Sequence record: SRR20825019_641
Direction: 5' to 3' (one strand)
DNA: 41,067 nt
A program made the translations under genes and the position numbers. Position 1 is the first letter of the stretch. Each line of letters opens with the position of its first letter. Below the pieces are notes generated by a model. The model was not told the DNA's origin, searched no databases, and was given only the letters and a program-made list of their open reading frames with translations. Below, one piece after another: positions 26,283 through 35,338 of the stretch.

Positions 26283-29200
26283 ATGAAGAAACATTACTTT
26301 TTACTGTTTTTAATGGTCTTGGCCTCTGCTTGTGCAACATATGAAGTCAAATATGCAGAGCCTTTTTCCGCACACAATGTTCTAATCGAAAAGGAGGTCG
26401 AACATACGTTTTATTTGATTGGCGATGCAGGGAAATCCCCGATGGGTGATGTAAACCCTACTCTAAAAGCGTTTAAAAAAGTTTTAGATCAGGCCGACGC
26501 CAATAGTACCGCCATCTTTTTGGGAGATAATATTTATCCTGCTGGCCTACCCGATAAAAAGGATTCCACCATTGCATATCTGGAAGCCAAAAACCATTTG
26601 GATGCCCAATTGAGCACTTTGGAGAACTACAAGGGAAAAAAGCTTTTTATCCCGGGAAACCACGATTGGTATACCGAGGGGCTCAAAGGACTAAAGCGTG
26701 AAGAGAAATACATAGAGGATGCATTGGATGATAATGATGCTTTTCAGCCGGAGAACGGATGCCCCATCGAGGAGATAGAGGTCAATGACAAGGTCCTGCT
26801 CGTCGCCATTGATACAGAGTGGTACATTGTAAATTGGGACAAGCATCCCACAATAAATGATGATTGCGAAATAAAGAGCAGAAACCGTTTTTTTGAGGAA
26901 TTGGAGAGCATAATCAAGAAAAATAGGGACAAAACCATCATTTTGGCCATGCACCATCCTATGTTTACCTATGGCTCGCACGGTGGTCAATTTTCATTTA
27001 AGCAAGGCATATATCCCAACGGAGGAAAAGTTCCGTTGCCTATTTTGGGGTCTGCCATTAATCTGCTGCGAAAAACTTCAGGAGCCACTTCGGAAGATAT
27101 ATCCAACAGAAAGTATAACGAGCTTAAGCAAAGAATTGTGACCCTTTCCCAATATTCCGATAAGATCATATTTGCGTCCGGTCATGAGCATACGCTTCAG
27201 TACATCGAGGAATATGGGAAACCTCAAATTGTAAGTGGTTCGGGAGCCAAAACAGGTACCACCCGACTGTTGAACGGCAGTAAATTTTCAACAGGTAAAA
27301 CTGGCTATGCAATTTTGAGGGTGTATAAAGATGGCTCGTCCCAAGTCGAGTTTTATGGTGCCGATGCCAATGCAACTGCACTGCTATATCAAACTGAAGT
27401 GCTACCTCCCGATAGGTCCACGGAACGAATGGGACTGTCCGAAGATTTTCCTCCGTATAAAATGGCGTCCGTATACGAACCGGAAGAGATCGAGAAGAGT
27501 GGGTTTCACAAGTTGCTTTGGGGCGAACGGTACAGGAAGTATTATGGGACCAAAGTAAAAGCACCCACCGTTCGGTTGGATACCCTCTTTGGAGGGCTGA
27601 CCGTTGTTCGAAAAGGAGGCGGGAATCAATCTAACTCATTGCGATTGGCCGATAAAGATGGTAGGGAGTATGTAATGAGGGGCTTGAGAAAAAGTGCAGA
27701 GCGATACCTTCAGGCCATAGCTTTTCAAGATCAATACGTCATTGGAAAGTTCGAGGACACATACCCCGAAAAATTGTTGTTGGATCTATATACAGGTGCG
27801 CATCCGTATGCACCATTTACCATTGATAGACTATCGGACGCGCTTGGAATTTACCATACCAACCCTAAGCTGTACTATGTGCCAAAGCAATCTGTTTTGG
27901 GAGATTACAACAAGGAGTTCGGTGATGGCCTGTACATGATAGAGGAGCATGTTTCCGATGACCACGATAATCTGGAAAGCTTCGGATACACCAAGAAAAT
28001 AGAAAGTACCTACGATTTGATGGACAAGCTCCGGGAAGATGAGGAGTACAGTATTGATCAAAAGGAGTATGTAAAGGCCAGATTGTTCGATATTTTGATC
28101 GGGGATTGGGACAGGCATGTGGATCAATGGCGTTGGGCAGAATTTAAAACCGAAGACGGAAACAAGGTATACAAACCTATTGCCCGTGATAGAGATCAGG
28201 TATTTTCCCGTTGGGGAGATGGCCTCATCATGAACTTTGGATCCAGGGCAGTTCCGGCGCTTCGTATTTTTGAAGGATTCCATGAAGAGGTTAGAAGCGT
28301 GAAAGGGTTGACATCTTCACCCAGAACCTTTGCCTTGGATATGGCCTTGCTTACAGAAACCGATATGGAAATGTGGGTAGAGCAGGCCAAGTTTATTCAA
28401 CAAAACCTGACAGGTGAAATAATCGACGAGGCTTTTTTGGCTTTTCCCGAAGAGGTAAGGGACGAAACCTTGACAGAAATCAAAAGAATTCTTTTGGCCC
28501 GAAAAGAAAACTTGGTGCAAACGGCACGTGAGTACTATGCCGTTTTGAACAAATACAGCGTAATTACGGGCACGGATAAAGATGATTATTTCAATATTAC
28601 TTCTCTTTCCAATGGTGATGTTGAGGTGAGGGCGTACCGAATCAAAGGCGGGGAGTATACGGATCTGTTCTTCAATAAGGTGTATAGTCTCGATTATACC
28701 AAAGAAATATGGATTTATGGACTTGATGATGGCGATGTTTTTGAGGCCAACACGGAAACATCAAAAATAAAAGTGCGTATCGCTGGAGGTCAAAACAATG
28801 ACGTTTATAAGGTCTCGGAAGATTCCAAACGGCTTTTGATCTATGATTTTAAATCAAAGAAAAACACTTTGGAGGAAGCCTACGGCGGTAAGGTAAAATT
28901 GGTTAATGATTACGATACCAATACGTACGACTTTCTGAACATAAAGGGCAGTAACAATCAAACGTTGCCTACTGTAGGATTCAATCCAGACGATGGCGTT
29001 AGGATAGGCTTGGCCAATACCTATACCTTTAATGGATTCAGAAAAAATCCATTTACGCAGCAGCATACGGTAAGTGCAGCCTACTATTTTGCCACGGATG
29101 GTTTTGATTTGGGCTATCGCGGAGAATTTGCACATGTTTTCAACAAGGTGAATTTGGAGCTTCGAGCAAGGTTCACAAGTCCTAATTTCACCCAAAACTT

Positions 29201-29996
29201 TTTTGGTTTTGGGAACGAGACGGTCAATAATGATGATGAAGAACCCTTAGAGTTGGATTATAACCGGGTCCGTATCCGAAACTTGAGATTTGCACCATCA
29301 TTGGTGTGGCGCGGATTTTTTGGTTCCAAGGCACGATTGGGAGTATCCTATGAGAACATTGAAATCGAGGAAACCGAAGACAGGTTCATTAATGAATTTT
29401 ACTTAGAAAATGGAGAGGAAAACCACCTGAGCTTTTTTGGGGTCGATGGCAAATACAGCTATTCCAATACCGATAACGAGGCCTTTCCGACTTTGGGAAT
29501 GGCATTTGCCCTCGAAGGTGGGTTTAAGACCAATTTGGATGATTCCTCCAAGTCGTTCGGATATGTGGTTCCATCATTTTCTATAGATCACAAACTTACC
29601 GCAGATGGCATGTTAGTGCTCGCTACCAAGTTCAAGGGACATTTTATTATCGGGGATGGCTACGAATTTTACCAAGCTGCCAGTATTGGTGGAAACAATG
29701 GGTTGCGAGGATTCCGTTTCCAAAGATTTTCCGGCAAAACAGCCTATTTTCAAAATACCGACCTTAGGTATAGCTTTAGAAGTATGAAGACCGGCCTGAT
29801 GCCAATAACACCAGGAATTTATGGAGGGTTTGACTATGGCCGCGTTTGGTATCCCGGTGAAGAATCGAATAAATGGCACAATTCGTACGGAGGAGGATTC
29901 TTCTTAAATGGAGTGGATGTGCTTACGGCCAACTTTGGGCTTTTCAACAGTGTGGATGGGCTACGTTTTGCTTTTGGGCTCGGATTTGGGTTTTAA
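26283..29996 (+). CDS. Lipoprotein fusing a metallophosphoesterase, a kinase-like middle domain and an Omp85/BamA-type beta-barrel
   Basis: Lipobox LASAC; phosphoesterase motifs GDAG, GDNIY, GNHDW, HHP, GHEH; middle domain KGGGNQS, GDWDRH, RDRD; barrel with LRGF motif and C-terminal FAFGLGFGF. ATG at 26283. Confidence 0.85.
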   Translation: MKKHYFLLFLMVLASACATYEVKYAEPFSAHNVLIEKEVEHTFYLIGDAGKSPMGDVNPTLKAFKKVLDQADANSTAIFLGDNIYPAGLPDKKDSTIAYLEAKNHLDAQLSTLENYKGKKLFIPGNHDWYTEGLKGLKREEKYIEDALDDNDAFQPENGCPIEEIEVNDKVLLVAIDTEWYIVNWDKHPTINDDCEIKSRNRFFEELESIIKKNRDKTIILAMHHPMFTYGSHGGQFSFKQGIYPNGGKVPLPILGSAINLLRKTSGATSEDISNRKYNELKQRIVTLSQYSDKIIFASGHEHTLQYIEEYGKPQIVSGSGAKTGTTRLLNGSKFSTGKTGYAILRVYKDGSSQVEFYGADANATALLYQTEVLPPDRSTERMGLSEDFPPYKMASVYEPEEIEKSGFHKLLWGERYRKYYGTKVKAPTVRLDTLFGGLTVVRKGGGNQSNSLRLADKDGREYVMRGLRKSAERYLQAIAFQDQYVIGKFEDTYPEKLLLDLYTGAHPYAPFTIDRLSDALGIYHTNPKLYYVPKQSVLGDYNKEFGDGLYMIEEHVSDDHDNLESFGYTKKIESTYDLMDKLREDEEYSIDQKEYVKARLFDILIGDWDRHVDQWRWAEFKTEDGNKVYKPIARDRDQVFSRWGDGLIMNFGSRAVPALRIFEGFHEEVRSVKGLTSSPRTFALDMALLTETDMEMWVEQAKFIQQNLTGEIIDEAFLAFPEEVRDETLTEIKRILLARKENLVQTAREYYAVLNKYSVITGTDKDDYFNITSLSNGDVEVRAYRIKGGEYTDLFFNKVYSLDYTKEIWIYGLDDGDVFEANTETSKIKVRIAGGQNNDVYKVSEDSKRLLIYDFKSKKNTLEEAYGGKVKLVNDYDTNTYDFLNIKGSNNQTLPTVGFNPDDGVRIGLANTYTFNGFRKNPFTQQHTVSAAYYFATDGFDLGYRGEFAHVFNKVNLELRARFTSPNFTQNFFGFGNETVNNDDEEPLELDYNRVRIRNLRFAPSLVWRGFFGSKARLGVSYENIEIEETEDRFINEFYLENGEENHLSFFGVDGKYSYSNTDNEAFPTLGMAFALEGGFKTNLDDSSKSFGYVVPSFSIDHKLTADGMLVLATKFKGHFIIGDGYEFYQAASIGGNNGLRGFRFQRFSGKTAYFQNTDLRYSFRSMKTGLMPITPGIYGGFDYGRVWYPGEESNKWHNSYGGGFFLNGVDVLTANFGLFNSVDGLRFAFGLGFGF

Positions 29997-30014
29997 TGAT
30001 TTTTAAGTGTCTTA

Positions 30015-32099
30015 TCAATCCGGGTTTTCCAAAAGATAGAGTGCCATTCTAATTTTCCAATAAGGTATCTCTTCCTTAAAATGAATAAAATAAGGTTTCA
30101 GGCCTTCCACTTCATCACCAAGCTCGGCTTTGGCCGATTGGATTTTATTGATATCTTCTTTGGATATGAATTGATGTAAATCAATGGACCCACCCTCTTC
30201 GTGGACTTTAATAAAATGATTATAAATGGTATCTTCCTTCAATTCCCGTTGTCTAGAAATATCGGAGACCTTCATGCCTTTTTCAAATAGTGAAAATGAG
30301 AGCTCATGAGTGCTTTTCTTGGATGCCGACCAAGCATTGATGACTGTAAGGAAGCGTGCGCCATATTTGTTCTTTTTTGCTTCGCCCACGCCACTTACTT
30401 CCATAAAATCTGTAATTGTTTCGGGTAGTTTGGCTTCCATATCCCGCAACGTGTAATCGCTGAATACGATGTAGGCAGGTACTTTTTCTTCAACGGCTAT
30501 TTCTGTACGGAGAGCTTTTAATTTATCGAACAGACCGGTGGATTGCATTCTTTCGGTTTTTTTGCCATGGGAAGTTTTTTCCACTTTCCGGAATAACGCA
30601 AGCTGGACTTTTCGACCTTCAAATAAAATTTGATTGGCCAAAGGGGTAAGCAGCAAGCGCCCATTCTCATGAAAACGAATCTCCAAAATACCTTGATTGA
30701 CCATTTGGATGATATACTGTTGCAAATCCTGCCAAGAAATGTCCTTAACAGCACCAAAGGTTTTTATATTTTGATAGCCTTTGTCATATACTCGGGCATT
30801 TTGAGAACCACGGAGTACATCTACAACTATGGTTATAGCTTCTTGTTGCTTTAACCGATATACTGCCGAGCAGACTTTCTGTGCCAATATGGTACCATCG
30901 AAATATTGGGGAGGGGATTTACAATTGTCACAATGACCGCAATTTTCCGAAACATGTTCGCCAAAATAGTTCAACAAGGCAACACGACGACAGCTTAAGG
31001 CTTCGGCAAACTGTTGCATACGTTCTAATTTGGCTAGCTGTACATCCCTTGTGGGTGAATCTTCTATAAATTTTCGCAGTTGGATCACATCGGAAAAGCT
31101 GTAAAACAACAAAGTGTCTGCGGGCAGACCATCGCGCCCACTTCGACCAATTTCCTGATAGTACCCCTCAATATTTTTAGGCATGTTATAATGGATTACC
31201 CACCGTACATTGCTTTTGTCAATACCCATCCCAAAAGCAATGGTCGCCACGATTATTGATGTGCGGTCATTGACAAAGTCTTCTTGCACCCTGTTGCGTG
31301 CCTCTGCTTCCATTCCGGCGTGGTATGCCTTGGCGTTCAATCCATTATTGTTTAATTTTTCAGCTAGTTTTTCAGTGCCTTTTCGGCTCAGACAATAAAT
31401 AATTCCATTTTGGTCTGTCCGTTGTTCCAAGAATTGGATTATTTGTTGAAACCGATTCGTCCCGGGACGTACTTCGAGAAATAGATTCTTTCGGTCGAAA
31501 GAAGCAATGTGCCTTTCTGCATTTTTTATATTGAGCTGTTCAAGAATATCGTTTTGCGCTGCACTATCGGCAGTGGCAGTAAATGCAGCTATTGGAACGT
31601 TTGGGAAAAGTTCCTTCAGTTGATTTAACTGCGTGTAGGCTGGACGAAAATCGTGTCCCCAAGCCGAAATACAGTGAGCTTCATCCACTGCGAACAAACT
31701 CACATTGTCATCGGTTAAATATGGTAGCAAATGTGGTAGGCTTTCGGGAGCTATGTATAGAAGCTTGATTTGCTGCGACTGAAGTTTTTTTAAAATTTCG
31801 TTTTGTGTTGCATGCGCCTGGCTGCTATTGTAAAATGATGCTGCAATACCGTTGGCCCGGAGTGCATCCACTTGATCCTTCATTAAGGCTATAAGGGGGG
31901 AAACCACAATGGCCGTCCCATTAAGAAGAAGTGCAGGTAACTGAAAACAAATAGACTTTCCACCACCGGTGGGCATTATGCACAAAAGGTCCGATCCTTC
32001 TAAAATACTACTGACAATGGCTTGCTGATTGGGCAAAAAGGAATCAAAACCAAAGTGCTCTTTTAAGAGCTGTAGGCTAAGTTGTTGTTTGGGAACCAT
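30015..32099 (-). CDS. recQ: ATP-dependent DNA helicase RecQ with HRDC domain and C-terminal HTH
   Basis: MPTGGGKS, DEAHC-ISAWGHDFRP, TATA, ATIAFGMGIDK, QEIGRSGRDG, Zn motif CRR...CGHCDNC, HRDC VPAYIVFSD. Confidence 0.95.
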   Translation of the reverse strand: MVPKQQLSLQLLKEHFGFDSFLPNQQAIVSSILEGSDLLCIMPTGGGKSICFQLPALLLNGTAIVVSPLIALMKDQVDALRANGIAASFYNSSQAHATQNEILKKLQSQQIKLLYIAPESLPHLLPYLTDDNVSLFAVDEAHCISAWGHDFRPAYTQLNQLKELFPNVPIAAFTATADSAAQNDILEQLNIKNAERHIASFDRKNLFLEVRPGTNRFQQIIQFLEQRTDQNGIIYCLSRKGTEKLAEKLNNNGLNAKAYHAGMEAEARNRVQEDFVNDRTSIIVATIAFGMGIDKSNVRWVIHYNMPKNIEGYYQEIGRSGRDGLPADTLLFYSFSDVIQLRKFIEDSPTRDVQLAKLERMQQFAEALSCRRVALLNYFGEHVSENCGHCDNCKSPPQYFDGTILAQKVCSAVYRLKQQEAITIVVDVLRGSQNARVYDKGYQNIKTFGAVKDISWQDLQQYIIQMVNQGILEIRFHENGRLLLTPLANQILFEGRKVQLALFRKVEKTSHGKKTERMQSTGLFDKLKALRTEIAVEEKVPAYIVFSDYTLRDMEAKLPETITDFMEVSGVGEAKKNKYGARFLTVINAWSASKKSTHELSFSLFEKGMKVSDISRQRELKEDTIYNHFIKVHEEGGSIDLHQFISKEDINKIQSAKAELGDEVEGLKPYFIHFKEEIPYWKIRMALYLLENPD

Positions 32100-32160
32100 A
32101 ACTCCCAAATGTCATTAATTAAATGATTAAAAGCAAATTAGAAAGGTTACAGGGAAATTG

Positions 32161-32187
32161 TTTTATGACCAAGAGAGCGTCATAAAA
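32161..32187. terminator. Inverted repeat; possible weak terminator or operator between the propeller-lipoprotein gene and recQ
   Basis: TTTTATGAC-N9-GTCATAAAA, perfect 9-bp arms; AT-rich stem, no clear minus-strand U-tract. Confidence 0.35.
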
Positions 32188-32222
32188 ATAGTATGTGTGA
32201 ACGTTATATCAATATAATTGAC

Positions 32223-33080
32223 TTATCGAAATCGGTATTGATAAAGCTTTCTACCTCCGTGCTTGTTTTCCTCATCGGCGACCAAGAGGGTTTTATCATC
32301 ATAAAAGCACACTGATTCAATCTGGGTGTCGGTCTGTAGATCAATGACCTCAATAGAGGCTTTTGTAAAATCCGGAGCGGTGAAATCCGTCAGTAGAAAA
32401 ATATATCCATAGCTTAACAGGGCAATGGTTTTGCCATCGGGAGAAATATCCGCACTGGTCACCGAACAATGATCCTGATCTCCGCATAGGAACAAGTCAC
32501 CTAAAAATTCAGCCTCATATTCCCCTTTTTTATCGGGCACACGGTACATCAAAGTTTTTCCAGAATAGGGTCGTGTACGGTTTTTGGTAAAAATGTAGAG
32601 GTAATCGTTCAGATGGAAAAAGCCTTCTGTATCAAAATAAAGGCTGTCCTTCTCTGGTGGGAAGTTGGTTTGCTGAGGGTAAGAGAACTCAATCTTATCC
32701 GAGTTGGGCTCTTTTTTCCCCATTTCATCTTTGGTAACCTTATAAATGACCAAATCTTCCCGAGCATTTTTGTTGTTGCCAAAATCCCCAATATACAGGT
32801 TGCCTTCGGTATCCATGGTCAAATCTTCCCAATCAACGTTCTTGGCATGGTCAATTTTCAGTGATTCCTTAATATCACCCTTTTTATCGACCCTATAAAT
32901 TTTATCCTTGTTACCACTATCTTCAATAACCCATATCTTGCCATCTTTGGTCACCTCCAAACCAGAAACTTCTTTGAGCTTGGAAGGGAATTTGGCCAGT
33001 TTTTCCAATTCGACCACATAGGTTTTCTGGGCACAGCCCTGCACTACAATCAATAAAAAAACAAGGGCAAGTTTATTCAT
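32223..33080 (-). CDS. Lipoprotein with predicted beta-propeller (SdiA-regulated/YjiK-like)
   Basis: Lipobox VQGC; blade motifs EVSGL, DWEDL, LYIGDFGNN, DTEG, VTSADISPDG, QIESVCF. Confidence 0.7.
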   Translation of the reverse strand: MNKLALVFLLIVVQGCAQKTYVVELEKLAKFPSKLKEVSGLEVTKDGKIWVIEDSGNKDKIYRVDKKGDIKESLKIDHAKNVDWEDLTMDTEGNLYIGDFGNNKNAREDLVIYKVTKDEMGKKEPNSDKIEFSYPQQTNFPPEKDSLYFDTEGFFHLNDYLYIFTKNRTRPYSGKTLMYRVPDKKGEYEAEFLGDLFLCGDQDHCSVTSADISPDGKTIALLSYGYIFLLTDFTAPDFTKASIEVIDLQTDTQIESVCFYDDKTLLVADEENKHGGRKLYQYRFR

Positions 33081-33972
33081 CGGATTCTTTTATGGGCATG
33101 AATACTTCGGTGGTCCAATCCAGTCCATCCCCACCCATATTGGGGTTGTTATAGAAAATCTCGATAGGTTTTTTCTCTACGGGAATGTTGTTTTTTTGGG
33201 CGTAATCCAGCAAAGCGTACCATGCACGATCTGATGTTATATAGTGTCCATGGTAAACAGCCTTGATGGCATTTTTACGGTAAATCCGTTTGTATTTTAT
33301 ATCCGGGTGATCGGGGAGTTTTTCTGAACGGATGATGGGATTGCAAAAATTAAAGGAAAGACTGTTGTTTTTCAAATCCCAATCCAATACTTCCACAAAA
33401 GGGGGGCCGTTCAACTGGACTTCATTTTCCATAAGCAATATGTCCAAAAGGTTATAATTGGCCATCATTCCCTGTGTTTTGTTTTCGGGAGCGGTGTTCA
33501 GTGTGACGCAGGCACAAAATGATGAGAATATTTCTGCTTCACCTTCAATGGAAACACTGAATTTTTTTATGTGTTCAGTCAAAAAACCGTTGAAGTCTAA
33601 AAGTCGTTTTCGGGAACCTTTCTCAAAATTGGTATCTGAAAAAGGCACGGATAGCCTATTGTTGACCGAATTTTCAATATCCTTGATGTTTACTTGAACA
33701 TCGCTCAAAGAATCGTGAATAGGGTTTATTTCCCATTCATATACATGAACGGAATCGTTCACATATATGGTTTGCTTAAAGTGACGTGGGCTTATATAAT
33801 CTATAGGGCCTACAGAGTCAAAACTGTTGTTCCATGCTTTTACGGTTTCAAATATGGTCCCAGGAATTGCCTTGGCCTTAAAATTGACCTGATAATCTTG
33901 GGGCTTTAACAACAGGTACCACAAAATTACTCCTACCACTAGGGCAAGGATCATAGAAATAATCTTCTTCAT
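33073..33972 (-). CDS. Membrane-anchored GyrI-like small-molecule-binding domain protein
   Basis: N-terminal TM anchor; C-terminal AIKAVYHGHY...AWYALLDYA...PIEIFYNNP...WTTEVFMPI, typical of the GyrI/AraC effector-binding fold. Confidence 0.78.
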   Translation of the reverse strand: MKKIISMILALVVGVILWYLLLKPQDYQVNFKAKAIPGTIFETVKAWNNSFDSVGPIDYISPRHFKQTIYVNDSVHVYEWEINPIHDSLSDVQVNIKDIENSVNNRLSVPFSDTNFEKGSRKRLLDFNGFLTEHIKKFSVSIEGEAEIFSSFCACVTLNTAPENKTQGMMANYNLLDILLMENEVQLNGPPFVEVLDWDLKNNSLSFNFCNPIIRSEKLPDHPDIKYKRIYRKNAIKAVYHGHYITSDRAWYALLDYAQKNNIPVEKKPIEIFYNNPNMGGDGLDWTTEVFMPIKESDE

Positions 33973-33994
33973 AACTAAGGAGCAAAAATACGGA

Positions 33995-35326
33995 TTAGCC
34001 TTTTGTCATATCCAATTTGTCGACTATAAATTTTCCTAGGTCCCTTCCTTGTTTAATACCTACCTCAATGGCAGCACGATAATGGATTCCTCCGTACATG
34101 CGGCTCAATGCGGCCTCGTCCGAGGCTTGGTTAAAGGATGTAAAGGAACGTACAGGCAAACCGTAGGGCACTTCGGTATCATCATCAAAGGCAAAATTGT
34201 CGCCGAATATATCGGTCAGCGCTATGGCCGCCGCACCGGATACAACACTGTGTCCACTGGTGTATTCAGGGAACGGAGGTGTTTGCAGTACGGGTTCCCA
34301 ACTGTCATCGATGTACTCGTTGATAACGGTTTCAGGGCGAATAAGGTTACTTCTGTATTTTTCGTCCCAACAGCTGATAAAACCGTCGGCGATGGCAATG
34401 GATGTCTTTGTGTGAGCGTATACTGTTTTGGCAAAATCGGCATTGGTTTTTCTTGATGCAATTTTTGTGATGCCTATCCAGTGGGCCCCGGGAGTAATCT
34501 TCTTAGTGGCAAACATTAGGTGTCCTCTGGTCACGGAAACATATGGGTTACAATCCCAAAACTGGGCAATGGCTATTTCATCGGATTTGTCGCCTTTGCC
34601 CACCATACTTTTTCTGACTTCGTATACCTCCATTACTTCTTCATAGAATTTGGAGTCTTTCTCCATGGAAAATTCTGGTGGCGGAATGGGCTTGAACTGC
34701 TGTGCGGAATCAATTGCAAAGGGGCGTATCTTCATCCAATGTGGCTCAATCCCGTTCATATAGGCCGGGGGAGTGGGCTGCCAGCGAGAAGGGTCTTCCG
34801 AATCTACGGAGAACTTGGGCATAGTACGCGTTTCCTTGTAATTGTCCTTGTTCATCCAATCCCCTACAAAGTTGGCCACTTCCACCCCGTATTCCTTACT
34901 GGCATTAAAAACGGTCTCGTTTTTGTCCATCCAAATGGTGTAGAGACTATCCCTAAAACTTTCCATTCTTTCTTCGGAAAAGATGAGTCTCTTGCTAATG
35001 TCCATATGGGCGATCAAGGCGGCCATTTCGTAGTTGATGTTCTCACTGTTTTTAGGGTCCGGAATATTTTTCAAATCGGTTACCTGCCCTGCCAAGGATT
35101 TGTAGTCATCGTTGCCCTTGGCAACAATTTCGTATGCTGCAATGTTGGAGTAGGCGAATATTCTACTGGCCACCGGTGGAGAGAATATATCGTGGATCAT
35201 TATTTCGATCACTTTGTCCACAGACGCATGGAATTCCTCTGGAGAAACTTCAACAGGTTCCTCTTTTTTTTGGCATGATGCCAAAACCAATACTACTGCT
35301 GTGATCAAACGTATTCTTTTTTTCAT
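33995..35326 (-). CDS. Vanadium-dependent haloperoxidase / PAP2-superfamily lipoprotein
   Basis: Lipobox LASC; K-x6-RP (KYRSNLIRP), TPPFPEYTSGH and SRMYGGIH vanadate/phosphate-binding motifs. Confidence 0.88.
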   Translation of the reverse strand: MKKRIRLITAVVLVLASCQKKEEPVEVSPEEFHASVDKVIEIMIHDIFSPPVASRIFAYSNIAAYEIVAKGNDDYKSLAGQVTDLKNIPDPKNSENINYEMAALIAHMDISKRLIFSEERMESFRDSLYTIWMDKNETVFNASKEYGVEVANFVGDWMNKDNYKETRTMPKFSVDSEDPSRWQPTPPAYMNGIEPHWMKIRPFAIDSAQQFKPIPPPEFSMEKDSKFYEEVMEVYEVRKSMVGKGDKSDEIAIAQFWDCNPYVSVTRGHLMFATKKITPGAHWIGITKIASRKTNADFAKTVYAHTKTSIAIADGFISCWDEKYRSNLIRPETVINEYIDDSWEPVLQTPPFPEYTSGHSVVSGAAAIALTDIFGDNFAFDDDTEVPYGLPVRSFTSFNQASDEAALSRMYGGIHYRAAIEVGIKQGRDLGKFIVDKLDMTKG

Positions 35327-35338
35327 GGCCTTGAGAGA

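Noticed and set aside
26283-29996. bamA
   Set aside because: The N-terminus is enzymatic, not POTRA repeats; only the barrel is Omp85-like.
34520-35278. 252-aa plus-strand ORF
   Set aside because: Antisense shadow of the haloperoxidase gene; no recognisable motifs.
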